NCBI GenBank assembly: GCA_951406725.2
Contig: OX597823.1
Coordinates: 6,200,001-6,264,000 of the forward strand
DNA from: Octopus vulgaris
Taxonomy: Eukaryota
Length of the DNA stretch: 64,000 nt
Direction: 5' to 3'
The notes beneath the pieces were generated by a model, which was not told where the DNA came from, made no database searches, and worked only from the letters and a program-made list of their open reading frames with translations. Both the position numbers and the translations under genes were made by a program. This document shows positions 13,145-26,778 of this stretch, piece by piece. Each line of letters opens with the position of its first letter. The first letter of the stretch is position 1.

Positions 13145-13200
<56 letters not shown>
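12443..13200. repeat. (TACA)n and (CA)n microsatellite cluster
   Basis: Directly visible; source of the HT/CV/MYVC ORFs. Confidence 0.98.
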
Positions 13201-13203
<3 letters not shown>

Positions 13204-13396
13204 GTAAAACTTGAAAATGTGCCCATATGATATCATCACTAAAATACTAAAATAAAATAAAAAGGAAAGCCAAAATATAAATTTATAAAAAAAAAAAAAA
13301 TGAAAAAGTCACGTGCGCAGACGATGATGAAGTATGAGTGATGTTTTTATTCTGTTTATATTTATAATTTATTTATCACCTTTATTGTTAATTTAC

Positions 13397-13448
<52 letters not shown>

Positions 13449-13641
13449 TGGAGAGCCTGGCTCGTTGTTTGTCTTCAAACAAAGAAGCGTGCTGCTGTCA
13501 AAACTGCAGCCATATTCACGGTTTCATGTGACATTCATACATTTATTTACTCGGCCATTATATATATTCACTCATTCATTATTGATAATTATATAAAAAT
13601 AAATAAAAACAAATAAAAACAATTTGGCGGGTGGGTAGGAA

Positions 13642-13821
13642 AATGTCAGATTTAGCTATCGGGTTTGGCAGGTTTGAAACCCAGGGCGTTATAATCTAGG
13701 GGAGCTTTCAGCCAAGTTGTGTAATGTTTTTGACACTGTCATAAGGCCCCTAGGGAAGATGGGGGTGTAAGTCTCATTAGCAGAACAGCCTAGGGCTTCC
13801 CTTCATCTAAATCTGTCACTG
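13642..13821. mobile_element. Degenerate hAT-like MITE
   Basis: Imperfect termini aatgtcagatttag / ctaaatctgtcactg. Confidence 0.4.
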
Positions 13822-13995
13822 GGATGGGAGGAAAAGTCGGCGAGATGAAAGGACTAACAAATACATAAAGAGACGTCTGTTTGTTTTGGTTATATCGAAA
13901 AATTTATTTGTTGCGAGCGTTTAGTTGTGATTTACTGCCGGTAAATTGTGTCAGCGACTCTGGTTCGATTCCCGACTCAACTATCCCAACATATG

Positions 13996-14411
13996 CTCTT
14001 TTACTCTCTCCTTTACTCTTTTACTTGTTTCAGTCATTTGACTGCGGCCATGCTGGAGCACCGCCTTTAGTCGAGCAAATCGACCCCGGGACTTATTCTT
14101 TGTAAGCCCAGTACTTATTCTATCGGTCTCTTTTGCCGAACCGCTAAGTAACGGGGACGTAAACACACCAGCATCGGTTGTCAAGCAATGCTAGGGGGAT
14201 AAACACAGACACACAAAGACATACACATACATACATATACATATATATACATATATACGACAGGCTTCTTTCAGTTTCCGTCTACCAAATCCACTCACAA
14301 GGCATTGGTCGGCCCGGGGCTATAGCAGAAGACACTTGCCCAAGATGCCACGCAGTGGGACTGAACCCAGAACCATGTGGTTGGTTAACAAGCTACTTAC
14401 CACACAGCCAC
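13996..14411 (-). mobile_element. SINE-A, near full length
   Basis: Minus strand: gtggctgtgtggtaag (A box), ggttcagtccc (B box), internal (TA/TG) microsatellite, 3' gtaaaagag tail; near-identical to 50048-50468. Confidence 0.93.
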
Positions 14412-15144
14412 CATAATCGTTGCAGTTGCTATATCCGACCGGAAGTTATAAACTGACCGAAGAGAGTGGAGAACATTGGCCTTGATCTTTGACCCGTTAC
14501 AAAAAGAGGAAGTCTTTGACGATGATGTACTACCGACATAAGAGTGACAGGATGTTTTCATTGAAATTCAGGTTTTTCTTTTTGTTCTCGTTTAGTCACG
14601 AGGAAAAATAGTGCGCATGACCATTTTACAAGGCCTCCAACACTATTGGGGAGAGGAAGCCATCCTTAAACCGGAAACCCAGCCGAAATGCTTGCAACGG
14701 AATGGACTTCATCCAAGATACCAGGTGGCGGTGTTAAGTCCAACACTTAAATAAACCGTAGCGAGATTTGGACTCAGAATGCAAAGAACCGGAACAGATA
14801 TCGCTAGATATCCGGTCTGACGTCCTTACACTTCCGTTACAGGTATTTCAACATGTGTTCAGAAAGTTTTATACAAATTTAGCTGCAGTACACCAAGCTG
14901 TTGAGTGGGATGCGGTGAGGAATAGATTCCAGATAAATCCATCATTAACATCTACTTTTAATTACATCAGATCAAGTAATTTGTTTCTTATATTCGTATA
15001 AATATCGATAAATACTTTCTTAACGGAAAATGGTAACGAATGATATGTACGAAATAGATATGGAGAGTCTTCTTAAGAAGCAGCGAAGTATTTAGCCAGC
15101 CAGCTAGATGAATAACGAGATAGAGAGAAAGAGTGGGGAGAGAA

Positions 15145-15178
15145 ATGGATAGACAGACAGACAGGGAGATAGATAGAC

Positions 15179-15250
<72 letters not shown>

Positions 15251-15330
15251 TGATAGACAGATAGATAGATAGATAGATATATAGATAGATAGATAGATAG
15301 ATAGATAGATTGATAGATAGATTGATAGAT

Positions 15331-15406
<76 letters not shown>

Positions 15407-15492
15407 GATAGATAGATTGATAGATAGATAGATTGATAGATGATAGATAGATAGATAGATAGATAGGTAGATAGATAGATAGATTGATAGAT

Positions 15493-15527
<35 letters not shown>

Positions 15528-15528
15528 T

Positions 15529-15578
<50 letters not shown>
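15145..15578. repeat. (GATA)n array
   Basis: Directly visible. Confidence 0.98.
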
Positions 15579-15639
15579 ACCAAATAATGAGTAAGGTGAG
15601 AAGATAGGCAGCATAAAGTATCTCTCTCTTTCTCACACG

Positions 15640-15674
<35 letters not shown>

Positions 15675-15685
15675 TAATATATTTA

Positions 15686-15724
<39 letters not shown>

Positions 15725-16018
15725 CGCTAATTAGCAGTAAACAGGCAGGTAAAATATGCGTTGGTGCGAGAAAGTGAAAAAGAAAAGAACAAAAAAGATG
15801 AGGAGGCAGACGTTGATTGTGTGTATGTGTGTGTGTAGATAGATAGAGAGAGAGAAGAGAGAGAGAGAGAAAGAGAGAGGAGAGAGGGAGACGGCGGAGA
15901 AATCGTGTAAATTCATAAACGCGAATAAAAGTACTCGATGCACGTTTATTCTTTTACTCAAAAGCTGAGCCAACTTGGAAAACAAACGTAAAACTCAGAG
16001 CAGTGACACTGGCAGGGA

Positions 16019-16058
<40 letters not shown>

Positions 16059-16548
16059 GCACGTATCTAATGAAGAAGGTGATAGAGGCAAAGGATAATA
16101 ATGATGTGATTTCCACTTTAGGTTGCCAGGACTAAAATAGAACCAAGTTCTTCAACTAAATTCCTGAAAGTTTCTGACAGTCTAACTAGGGCGCAGATAG
16201 AGGTCACGCACATCCTTCTCTGATGATACTACACGATCAAGTGTATATGTTCATCTCTACAGGCTGTGTGGGTAGGAAGCTTGTTCCGCAACGACGTGGT
16301 TTCGGGTTCGGTTCCACTGCGTACGGCACTGCAGCTTGGGCAAGTTCTACTACAGCCTCGGGTCGACCAATGCTTTGCAAAAGAATTTGGTAAATGGAAA
16401 CTGGACTGAAGCATGTCGTGTGTGTATGTGTGTGTGTGTGTGAAAGAGAGAGAGAGAGAGAAAGAAAGAAAGAAAGAAAAAAGAGGGAGGGAGAGAGAGA
16501 GAGAGCGTGTGTATGTATGTAGGGTATATGTATGTTTATAAGTACATT

Positions 16549-16780
16549 CAGGGTTGGCCAAAAGTCACCCGACAGTAAATCTTAACCATTTCATTCCAAG
16601 ATTTATCTGTGTTTAACAACTGAATGAATTTAATAAAAGCATCTAAATATGAAACATCATGAAAATTGTTCAACCTGAAATCATTCTTGAGTGACACATT
16701 TCTTCATTCGCGTCGACAAAGAATTACAGATAGTATTTATGGAATTTTGATTCACTGTCGGTTGACTTTTGTCAACCCTG
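16549..16780. mobile_element. Tc1/mariner-type MITE
   Basis: About 32-bp TIRs cagggttggccaaaagtcacccgacagtaaatc / gattcactgtcggttgacttttgtcaaccctg|TA. Confidence 0.85.
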
Positions 16781-16786
16781 TATTTA

Positions 16787-18049
16787 CAGGGGTTGAGCAA
16801 AATAATGGAAATTCCTAGCATCATAGCATCATAATTTTGAAATATCTATAAAACCGTCAAAAGCTTGTTTGTTTTTATGTTTTTTGATTTATTATTAGTG
16901 TTGCTTAATATGTTTTGCTAAAGTTGCTGTTTCTTTTCAGATATCATTAGAAAAAGGTAATTAAAATTCATAAAAATGACAGATCTATCGGACTTTCAAA
17001 GAGGTCAAATTGTTGATGTTTGTATGACAGGCACTAGTGTAACGAAAACAACCAAAATGTTTGGTGTATCAAGAAGTACTGTCTCAAAAGTAATGGCAAC
17101 CTTTGAGAAAGAGGGAAAAACCTCCTCGTCAAAACAAAATTCCGGAAGAAAACCAAAACTTTCAGATAGGGACCGTCAGACTCTCTTATATGTCACAAAA
17201 GTGCAGCTCTCAAAAATTACTGCAGAGCTTAATGACCACCTCAAGAACCGAGTTCCCACAAAATCTGTTCGCCGGGAACTGCACAAACCCCGAATTCACG
17301 GGAGGGCTGCAATCAGAAAACCACTACTTTCAAAAACAAACGTTGCAAAGCGTTTAGAGTGGAGTAAAAACCTACAGAATTGGTCCCTAGAGCAGTGGAA
17401 GAATGTTATTTTCTTGGACGAGTCATTCTTTACCTTATTTCCGACCACCAGCTGAGTATAAGAGTGCACACAGCCAAAAGAAGCATTTAACCCAGACTGC
17501 CTTCTTCCAACTGTTAAACATGGAGGATCTGTGATGATCGGGGGGAGGGGGCTATATCTTGGAAATCCGCCGGCCCAATGGCTTCCCTTCATGACAGAAT
17601 TAATAGTCAAGACTATTTAAGCATTGTATCTGATCAAATTCATCCTATGGTTGCGGAACTGTTTCTGGAGGAAAACGCAATCTTTCAGGATGATAATGCA
17701 CCAATTCACACAGCTAAAGTTGTTACTGAATGGCACAAGGAACATTCTAGTGAAGTCGAACATCTTATCTGGCCACCACAGTCCCAAGATCTCAGTATTA
17801 TTGAACATTTACGGTGCATTTTAGAAAAACAAGTAAGGAGTCGATATCCTCCACCATCATCACTACAAGAACTGGAGACTGTTTTAGCTGAAGAATGGAC
17901 AAAAAGTCCTTTAGAAACAATTCAAACTGTGTACGAGTCCATACCTCGTAGAATTAAAGCTGTAATTACTGCCACAGGTAGTCCTACTCCATATTAAAAT
18001 AAATTTGTTTAAAATTTTAAGGTATTTCCATTATTTTGTCCAACCCCTC
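16787..18049 (+). mobile_element. Tc1-like transposon, DD36E (Incomer-type), near full length
   Basis: TA|caggggttgagcaaaataatggaaat ... atttccattattttgtccaacccctc|TA; 1263 bp; encloses the transposase pseudogene. Confidence 0.95.
16976..17997 (+). pseudogene. Tc1-family transposase pseudogene (DD36E)
   Basis: ORFs 16976-17455 and 17578-17997: HTH N-terminus, SGRKPKL, FLDES, FQDDNAPIH, WPPQSQDLSIIE; 36 residues between the second D and E; stops and a frameshift between the two ORFs. Confidence 0.93.
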
Positions 18050-19341
18050 TATATACACACAAATAAAATGCTGTTGTTTGAATGTTGTTAGAGACATGGA
18101 CACAACAACACACAAACCTCTTTAACAAAGGTTCAATCTTGGCCTATACTGATGAGGCTCTTTGTAAAAGCATTCAGTGTTTCTGTGGGCAATAAAGAAA
18201 TATATATACATACAAATAAGAGAGATTTAAATATAAATGTACGATACAATAAATAGACAATATATATATAAATACATTATACATATATACATACATACAT
18301 ATATACATACATATATACATAGATACATTATACATACATACATACATACACATATACATACATACATAAATACACACACATATACATACATACATACATA
18401 CATACATACATAAATATATACATACATACATATATACATACATATATACATAAATATATACATACATACATACAAACATACATACATATATACATACATA
18501 CATATATATATACATACATACATACATGACATGCTGTATATCCTAGAATATATTTAGATTTTAACCAATTCTGTGATGGAGAGGTGTAAAATGTATGCAT
18601 ACATACATACATGTGTACGCGTGCGTGCGTGTGTGTTTGCATGTTAGAATGAAGCATCTATCTACGCATGATGTCTGAGATGAGAAGGCGGCAGGGGGCC
18701 GGGTGGTGGGTAGTCGAACACACGTGTGAGCTCAATGTCCCTGTTACTGCTTCCGTTAGAATATAACTTTATCTGCAAACAACACCACCACCACCACCAC
18801 CCTTACATATCCACCAAATATTACACCCCCCCAGCCATCTCCCTGCCCCCCCCCCCCCCACCGCATCATCCAATCCTTCCTAGAATTTCCCTCCCACTCA
18901 TTCACGTTTAAATTCATCCCCTTCACCTTCCTCCCCCGCCTCACGATGCTTTAAGTCAGGGGTTGTTGTTGTTTTTTTTAATTTTTTCCCCCCTTTCTTT
19001 TAAATTTATTTTTGTATCTTTTCTTTTTCACCGGTTCTCTTTATCTTTGAACATGATCCCCTGCTACCAGCTACACCGCCACCACCACCACCACCGCTAC
19101 CATCACTATTATCATTATCACTTTACTACAACCACCACCCGCAGTCACAGTCACACACCACACCTTCCAGCCCCGGGATTTATATATATAACTTCAGCCC
19201 TGACGTCTTACTTGATTTCCGAGGAGTCATTTGTAAACATCTCTTTAAATTCATAACGCAGGTCTATCTGTTTCTTTCCCCGTCATCCATCCCCACCTCT
19301 CCTTCTTTCTCTTATCTTCATTGTCTTCAGTGTGTTGACAT

Positions 19342-19379
<38 letters not shown>

Positions 19380-20189
19380 AAGGGGCGATGGAAATGCAGA
19401 TATGACAATGACAAAGATAAAGGGTGCGGCAAAAACCCCTTCCAGATTTGTCATTCCTGATAAACGTTTCAACGCCAAACACACGTTGTGCATCCGTCTG
19501 GATCATGATAGTTACTGTGAAGAAAAGAACCAAAAAAAAACCCAGTAAAATATTAGCTAGGTGGATGTATCGATAACGTCCGTCTAACTTCGCCAGCGAC
19601 ACGTCAAATGGTTGCATAAAATATAGAGTTTTGAGTCGGATCCTTAGGAATAATTCATCTTATTAATGAATGGCACCTTCTGTACTTGTTCATATATATA
19701 TACACGTGTGTGTGCACGCGTATGGTTCAGTTTTCATTATAAATGTTTCGACAACAAACGCACGGTGTGCATGATGACGACGGAGAAAGAAACGGTGAAA
19801 TATTCTTTTCTATTCAATTTTGGGGGAGGGGTCAGTCGATTTACATCGAGTCCAGTACGCAACTGGTACTTAATATATCGACCCCGAAAGGATAAAAGGC
19901 AAAGTCAACCCCGCAGAATTTGAACTCAGAACGCAGCGGCAGACGAAATACCGCTAAGCGTAAATGTGAAACAAGGTGGAAAAAAGAGTACTCAAATACC
20001 AGAGGTAGAGTAATATGCTTTATTTAAAAGCAGCAGAAATATAACAAAAGCCGTTCGTCGGACAGTTTTGGTAACAGCGGGGTGGCGTCATTTGAAGGCT
20101 AAAACAATGCGAAGCGCATTGTGACCAGCGATGTGTAGCAACATCTGATAGCCTGGTCGATCACGGTGATATACATATATATATACAGG

Positions 20190-20500
20190 GTGAAGATCTC
20201 CCTTGGTCATGAATGACCATGAAATTGCACCTAGAAAGTTACTCTCCGAGGTACAAGTCCGGGCAAGGTTGTTTACGGAAGACCAGCATACCAGTCTTCC
20301 CTCTTCATGCCACTGATGTTATCCAAGATACAGCTTGGCGCCTGTGACGTCGCAACTCATTTCTACAGCTGAGTGAACTGGAACAACGTGAAATAAAGTG
20401 TCTTGCTCAAGAACACAACACCACAACCCGGTCCGGGAATCGAATTCACCACTTCATGATTGTGAGACCGATGCTCTAACCACTGGGCCATGCGCCCTCA
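20190..20500 (-). mobile_element. SINE-C, tail type 3
   Basis: Matches 46937-47272 and 56812-57110 (gttgcgacgtca...aacaaccttgcccggacttgt). Confidence 0.88.
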
Positions 20501-21684
20501 CTCACACACATACACACACACACATGTACAGAGACAGAACGACAGACAGAGGTACATACATAGACGGAGGTTGGGGAGATAGGGACAGAGACTAACAGAC
20601 AGACTGGAGGGAGAGAAAGAGAGAGCGGGGGGGGGGGGTATATCAGGCATTGGTTTACATCATTTGTAAGAGAAACAAATAAACAGAAGGAAGAAACCAC
20701 TCAGAGACCAAATGTAAAAGAAACTATCACAATAAACACCGGCTTTTATTTTATTTCCTGTTCCTCTTTTGTAATTCCATGTCTTCATCTTCTACTTCCT
20801 CCCTGCTTCATTCACCGCCGTGGCCATCACCTCTAATACTTTCCACCGCTACCAACGCAATCACAGTTACCCTCACTCCCCCCCACCACCACCAATATCA
20901 ACATCAACTCCATCGTCACCATCGACGTTACAAATACCAGCCTCCCCACCATCTCCGCTAACTCCACCACCATCATCATCATCATTGCAAAGACGGTCCT
21001 TACCACCGTCTCCACTGACTCCACCACCATCATTAACACCACTCATCCTACTACGATTGCTAATATCCTTTCTACTACAGGCACAAGGCCAGCAAGTTCG
21101 GGCGAAGGGATGAGTAGATTACATCGACCCCAGTGCATAACTGGTACTTATTTCATCGACCTCGAAAAGATGAGAGGCAAAGTCGACCTCGGCGGAATTC
21201 GAACTCAACGTAAAGACAGACTAAATGCTTCTAAGCATTTTGTCCGTCGCACCAGCGATTCTGCCAGCTCACCGCCTTCCCACCATCATTACTAACATCA
21301 CCAACAACAGCAGCACCACTACCACCACAGTCGACACTAGCGCCACCACTACTACCATTAACACTAACCATATCACCACTAACTCTACTATCACCACAAC
21401 ACTAAACCTACCACCATCCCAAACATCACCTTTCCCACCAACACCTAACCAACGAAGAAGCCTCTATGTGGTCGATCAATGTACTAGAAATAACAGTAAA
21501 AGTTTCTACAAATTACTCACTACTGTTACTAAAAAAAATACATTACTTAATGTAGTCTTGAAGTCATCATATCTGGAAAAAGATGGGGTGACCACGGCTG
21601 GAATGCCGTTTCAGAATCAACGAGGTTAAACAACAAAAACGCAAACTTATGAAAAATGTGTCTCAGAAAGGGATTCTCAACCCG

Positions 21685-21976
21685 ACTTTAAATCGCCCTC
21701 AAATCATTACTTTATCTCGCCCTCAGATCATTACTTTAAATCGCCCTCAGGTCATTACTTTAAATCGCCCTCAGATCATTACTTTATCTCGCCCTCAGAT
21801 CATTACTTTAAATCGCCCTCAGGTCATTACTTTAAATCGCCCTCAGATCATTACTTTATCTCGCCCTCAGATCATTACTTTATCTCGCCCTCAGATCATT
21901 ACTTTAAATCGCCCTCAGATCATTACTTTAAATCGCCCTCAGGTCATTATTTGAAATCGCCTTCAGATCATTACTT
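21685..21976. repeat. 24-bp minisatellite, about 12 copies
   Basis: Unit acttt(aaa/atc)tcgccctcag(a/g)tcatt, head-to-tail with no spacers. Confidence 0.97.
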
Positions 21977-22705
21977 AATCGACTCAAGGAAAAGGCGTGG
22001 GTCGAAGATATCGAAGTCCTAGATACACTATACCTTAAAAAAAAAGTCTGGTATCAACTTAAATGAGTTTGCTCATTAGATATCTGCTCGTGTGAAACCT
22101 TCAGCTACTGAAACTACGTCATTCTGGATGAGCTTAATTTCGTTTCGCTTCTCTTCTCTTTCCTTATTTTGGTTTTCCCCTCTTCTTTCAAAACCCACCA
22201 TTTCCGCTTCCTCTTCACACTCAGCTATCTATTATCCGCGCCGGAAATTATTAAGAGTTTTATATATATACACGAAGAAAGTATTTCTTAAATCAAAAAT
22301 TATTCATTATAAATACAAGATTTAAAAAAAAAAGGAATATTTAAAATGCCGAAAGCAGATTAACACAAACATCATGGAAGGAAGGTTTCTTTTCTTTTTG
22401 TTAGAAAAAAGAAACATTTTTTTAATATATATATAATTAATCCTTTTAAATTTAAGATAATTTTTCTTTAGGTATTGTGTGACTGCCTCAAGAATTGTTT
22501 CTATAAACTTGTGTATGTGTGTCTTTATGTATGTGGATGTGTGCATATGTTTATGTGCGTGTGTGTAGATGTATGTGTGTGTTTATGTGTGTTTGTATAT
22601 AATATATATATAATATATACATATTACATATATATATATTATATATAATATATATATTTAATATATATATTACACATATATATATTATATGTATATAATA
22701 TATAT

Positions 22706-22766
<61 letters not shown>

Positions 22767-23009
22767 CACATATATATATATTATATGTATATATATATAA
22801 AAACATTTATATATATACCGTTTCATCTTCTGTTGAAGAAATTGGTATGTTTTTCAATTTTCTCTGGTTTATTGATTATTTTGCGTTATATTTCTAGTGG
22901 GTGAATGGCCTATTATATATATAACTATATGACTATTTAATTTTTTCCCACTAGGCCGCTGGAGGCAAAAGAATTCTACAAAATTTTTCTTGCCACCCTA
23001 TATTGATTA

Positions 23010-23043
<34 letters not shown>

Positions 23044-23114
23044 AACACATGCATACACACAAAAAACACATGCACATACACACATAAAGATACATACACA
23101 AGTATATATATATG

Positions 23115-23209
<95 letters not shown>

Positions 23210-23455
23210 TGCATGTAAGTATATATGTATGTATGTTTAGTATTTCCTCAGTGTTTCTGGTGATTCTAGAGAACCACGTAGCGTATCATCTACTCTTCTT
23301 CCAGCATTTTTTATATCTGCTTCCAGTTGCACTCGGATCACCCATGGCAGAGGACGTTGTTTTGCCAACGTGGCGAAACCCGTGTAGGGAACAAATGGTA
23401 TAAACTGCATCTTAGGCTTATCACAATTATTCATATCATATCATATCATATCACA

Positions 23456-23492
<37 letters not shown>

Positions 23493-23914
23493 CCGCTAAC
23501 ATAATATATCAAAGACAACGTTTTGGTATAGTTTGTATCATTTGTACAATGTCACAACATAACCTGATATTTAAGATTTGTTGCAGAGCTCCTTGAAATT
23601 CATTCCATTATGCATGCATACACACACACGCATGCATGTATGTATATAACAACTTATATAAACAAATGTATTTATATGTGTGTATGTGTGTGTACTTGTA
23701 TGTACGTGTGGACAAACATGAGCGTATGTGACTATATACCCGTATATCATGTGTCTATTTGTGTATTTTTAGTTCAAGGCCATTTCTTCTTCTTCTTCTT
23801 CTTCTTCTTCTTCTTCTTCTTCTTCTTCCTCCTCCTCCTCCTCCTCCTCATCATCATCATCATCATCATCATCGCTATTCTTCCAATGCTCTGAACTTAA
23901 TTACCTCACTACAT

Positions 23915-24486
23915 GATGTAACAAGTGAACTCAATAAAGCCATCCATACAGTTCACAATGGAAAAGCAAAAAGACAATCAGCTAGCATTCCTGGATGTTT
24001 TGATAACACGCACCAAGTATGGATTCAGGACATCCGTATACCACAAGCGACCTTCACTGGACGATACCTTAACTTCAATTCCCACCATCCATACATTGTA
24101 AAAAAAGGAGTTGCTCAGTGCCTAAAACATCGAGCAAAGAAAATAAGTAGCGATTGTGATACCCGCCACAAAGAAATGATCAAGCTCAATAACAATCTAT
24201 TAAGCAACAACTACCCCCAAAAGCATACTATCTACTCCAATTAGGAAGAAAAGAGAGGATGAAACCAATAAACTGTCTACAGTCTGTCTACCATATGTGA
24301 AAGGCCTCTCTGAAAAGATACAAAAGATATGCGGCCCATATGACATCAGGACAGTATTGAAGAGTAATACAATACTTCGCAGATATCTCCTTCGGGTAAA
24401 ACCACCAGCAGAAGAGAATATGACCCAAAACTGCGAATACTCCAGCTCATGCAGCTGTGGTAGGTTATACAAAGGCGAAACATTCT
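23915..24486 (+). mobile_element. Penelope-like retroelement remnant (RT C-terminus to GIY-YIG start)
   Basis: Frameshifted pieces read SIQFTMEKQKDNQLAFLDVLITR, TFTGRYLNFNSHHP..VKKGV, LPYVKGLSEKI, NCEYSSSCSCGRLYKGET, matching PLE RT thumb and VY.I.C.C...Y.GET GIY-YIG motifs. Confidence 0.9.
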
Positions 24487-24699
24487 GACGAGGAAGAAGG
24501 AGTTACACACCATTCCTAAGTGTGCCCTGAAAGCAATCATACACTACCTAGCAAAATTTCTGTCGGTGGCCCTCTCTACAAGGAAGGGTCGATGACTACG
24601 AAAAGTAAGACAAAACCAAACTGCGATAAAATGACGAAGTGACAGAGACGTCTCCATAATAACAATTGGATTTATGGCTGAGCCAAAGGAATAAGAATT

Positions 24700-25140
24700 G
24701 CATTGAGTTTACCATCTGGCGTGAAATGGTGTCATAAGCCAGGACACTCAAGAACAATGTGCTGGTGTGGTGGAGGTGGTGGTTAAAGCGGTGGAGTAAG
24801 CCGGGTGATGGATTAATTCCGCAACTTTGTGTGAAATGCTGCGTGATAAGATAAGGAAGGGCAATCAAGGACCATGTGCTGGTGGGATAGCAGTGGGGTT
24901 AAACTGGACGATAGACTAAGTTTACCATCCAGTATGAAACGCTTCTGCTAAGTAGCCAGACTCAAGGACCACGTGGTGGTGGTTTTGTTAAACCAGGCAG
25001 CAGATTAAGTCCAGAATTCCCCGTCTGAAATGCTCTGTAATAAAGTAGGGCCCCTAAGGATCATGTGCTTGTGGTGGTGGTTGTATTAAAATGGCTGATG
25101 GATTAAGTCCACCATTCTATGTGAAATGCTATGATTACCT
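24700..25140. repeat. Degenerate 90-105 bp tandem repeat, about 4.5 copies
   Basis: Recurring gattaagtccaccat...tgaaatgct...tcaaggaccatgtgctggtggtgg...ttaaa. Confidence 0.8.
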
Positions 25141-25356
25141 CTAGCAACGCCACCATCATCACCATCATCATCACCACTAAGGTGACGATGGTATGGTAAG
25201 GCCTCACTCATTATGCTGGATGTTTTTTTCATGAGAGGTGGGCAGGTGACGTATGCAGGAATGTTGTGACGGAAGATCCTGTTTAAATCAGATTCGGTCA
25301 TAACCCACTTCCTGGAATTCTGAATACCACACCTCTACAATACACCCATCCGCCGG

Positions 25357-25421
<65 letters not shown>

Positions 25422-25697
25422 ATTACCGTCGCCTTCACCACCACCGCCGCAGCCGCCTATTATCCAATTATAATTGCTATGAGTCAAGTCACACCCATCC
25501 GTCCCAAAACAGTAACAAGATGAAGTAAGTACTGAATACACTGAATAAAGCAGAGAGGGTCACGGTTGGAACACCTTCAGGTCATATGTATGTCCTATAT
25601 GATAACGACTGACCTAGGTATAGAACCAGCGAAGACGTGCCTCTACTTGATTGCTCGATCTGTAACTAGCAGCAGCAGCAGTAGCAGCAGTAGTAGC

Positions 25698-25749
<52 letters not shown>

Positions 25750-25959
25750 TCTTTTATCTTTTACTGGCTCAGCCATTAGACTGCGGCCATGCTGGTGCAC
25801 CGGCTTGAATAATTTTTAGTCGAATGAATCGATCGCAGTGCTTATTTTTTTAAAGCCTGGTACTTATTCTATCGGTCACATTTGCCGAACCACTGAGTTA
25901 TAACAACGTAAACAAAACCAACACCGGTTGTCAAGCGGTGGTGGGGAACAGAGAAACAC

Positions 25960-25999
<40 letters not shown>

Positions 26000-26089
26000 C
26001 GGTAGGCTTCTTTCAGTTTCCATCTAGTAAATCCATTCACAAGGTTCCACTCAGTGGAACTGAACCCGGAACCATTTGGTTGGGAAGCC

Positions 26090-26738
26090 TGTACTTATTT
26101 TCTACACAAAATTTTGCAGAAACACTTTCGAAGGTGTCGATTACGATTATCGCGATAAAATTTAGGAAAAAAAAAAGTTTTGGGAGGAATTCCGAATCAG
26201 TCTCACCCTTCCTGACTTTGTCTCCTCATAAATTTTTAAAATGCATGTTTTAAAATACGTTTTTGAGGTTTCAAGCATAGAAATCCGGAAATGAAAAATG
26301 TGAAAAATGCTAACGCTACGGAAATTGGTAAAATTGGTAAAGTAGAAGTGGATGACGACGAGCAAAAGTTTCTCACGCAAAACTTTTTTTGGTAAATTTT
26401 ACTAACATAATTGTAACCAACACCCTCGAAAGTGTATCTCTGCAAAATTCCGTTGAAGGTTACGAGGAAGCAAATCCCAGGTTGGTGAGAAGGATCTGAA
26501 ACTCCTCGAATTTTGTTCTAAATTTTATCAGCACAATCGTAATTAACATCTTCGAAAGTATATCTCTGCTAAATTTCATCTAAAAATATTCATTTTTAAG
26601 CAGGTTATGAGGAAACAAAGTCAAGGAGAAAGGAGGGAGAATGATTCGAAACACCTAAAAAAAATCTTTTCTCTTTCTCCGCTCTCCGTCTCTCCATCGT
26701 TCTCCGTCTGTCTGTCTGTCTGTCTCTCTCTCTGTCTC

Positions 26739-26778
<40 letters not shown>

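Noticed and set aside
14988-15675. IYLS-repeat hydrophobic ORFs
   Set aside because: Antisense translation of (GATA)n; the same applies at 41000-41600, 53500-53800 and 59800-60100.
21649-21954. Repeat protein ORF or CRISPR-like array
   Set aside because: Contiguous 24-bp units with no unique spacers, no cas genes, eukaryotic context.
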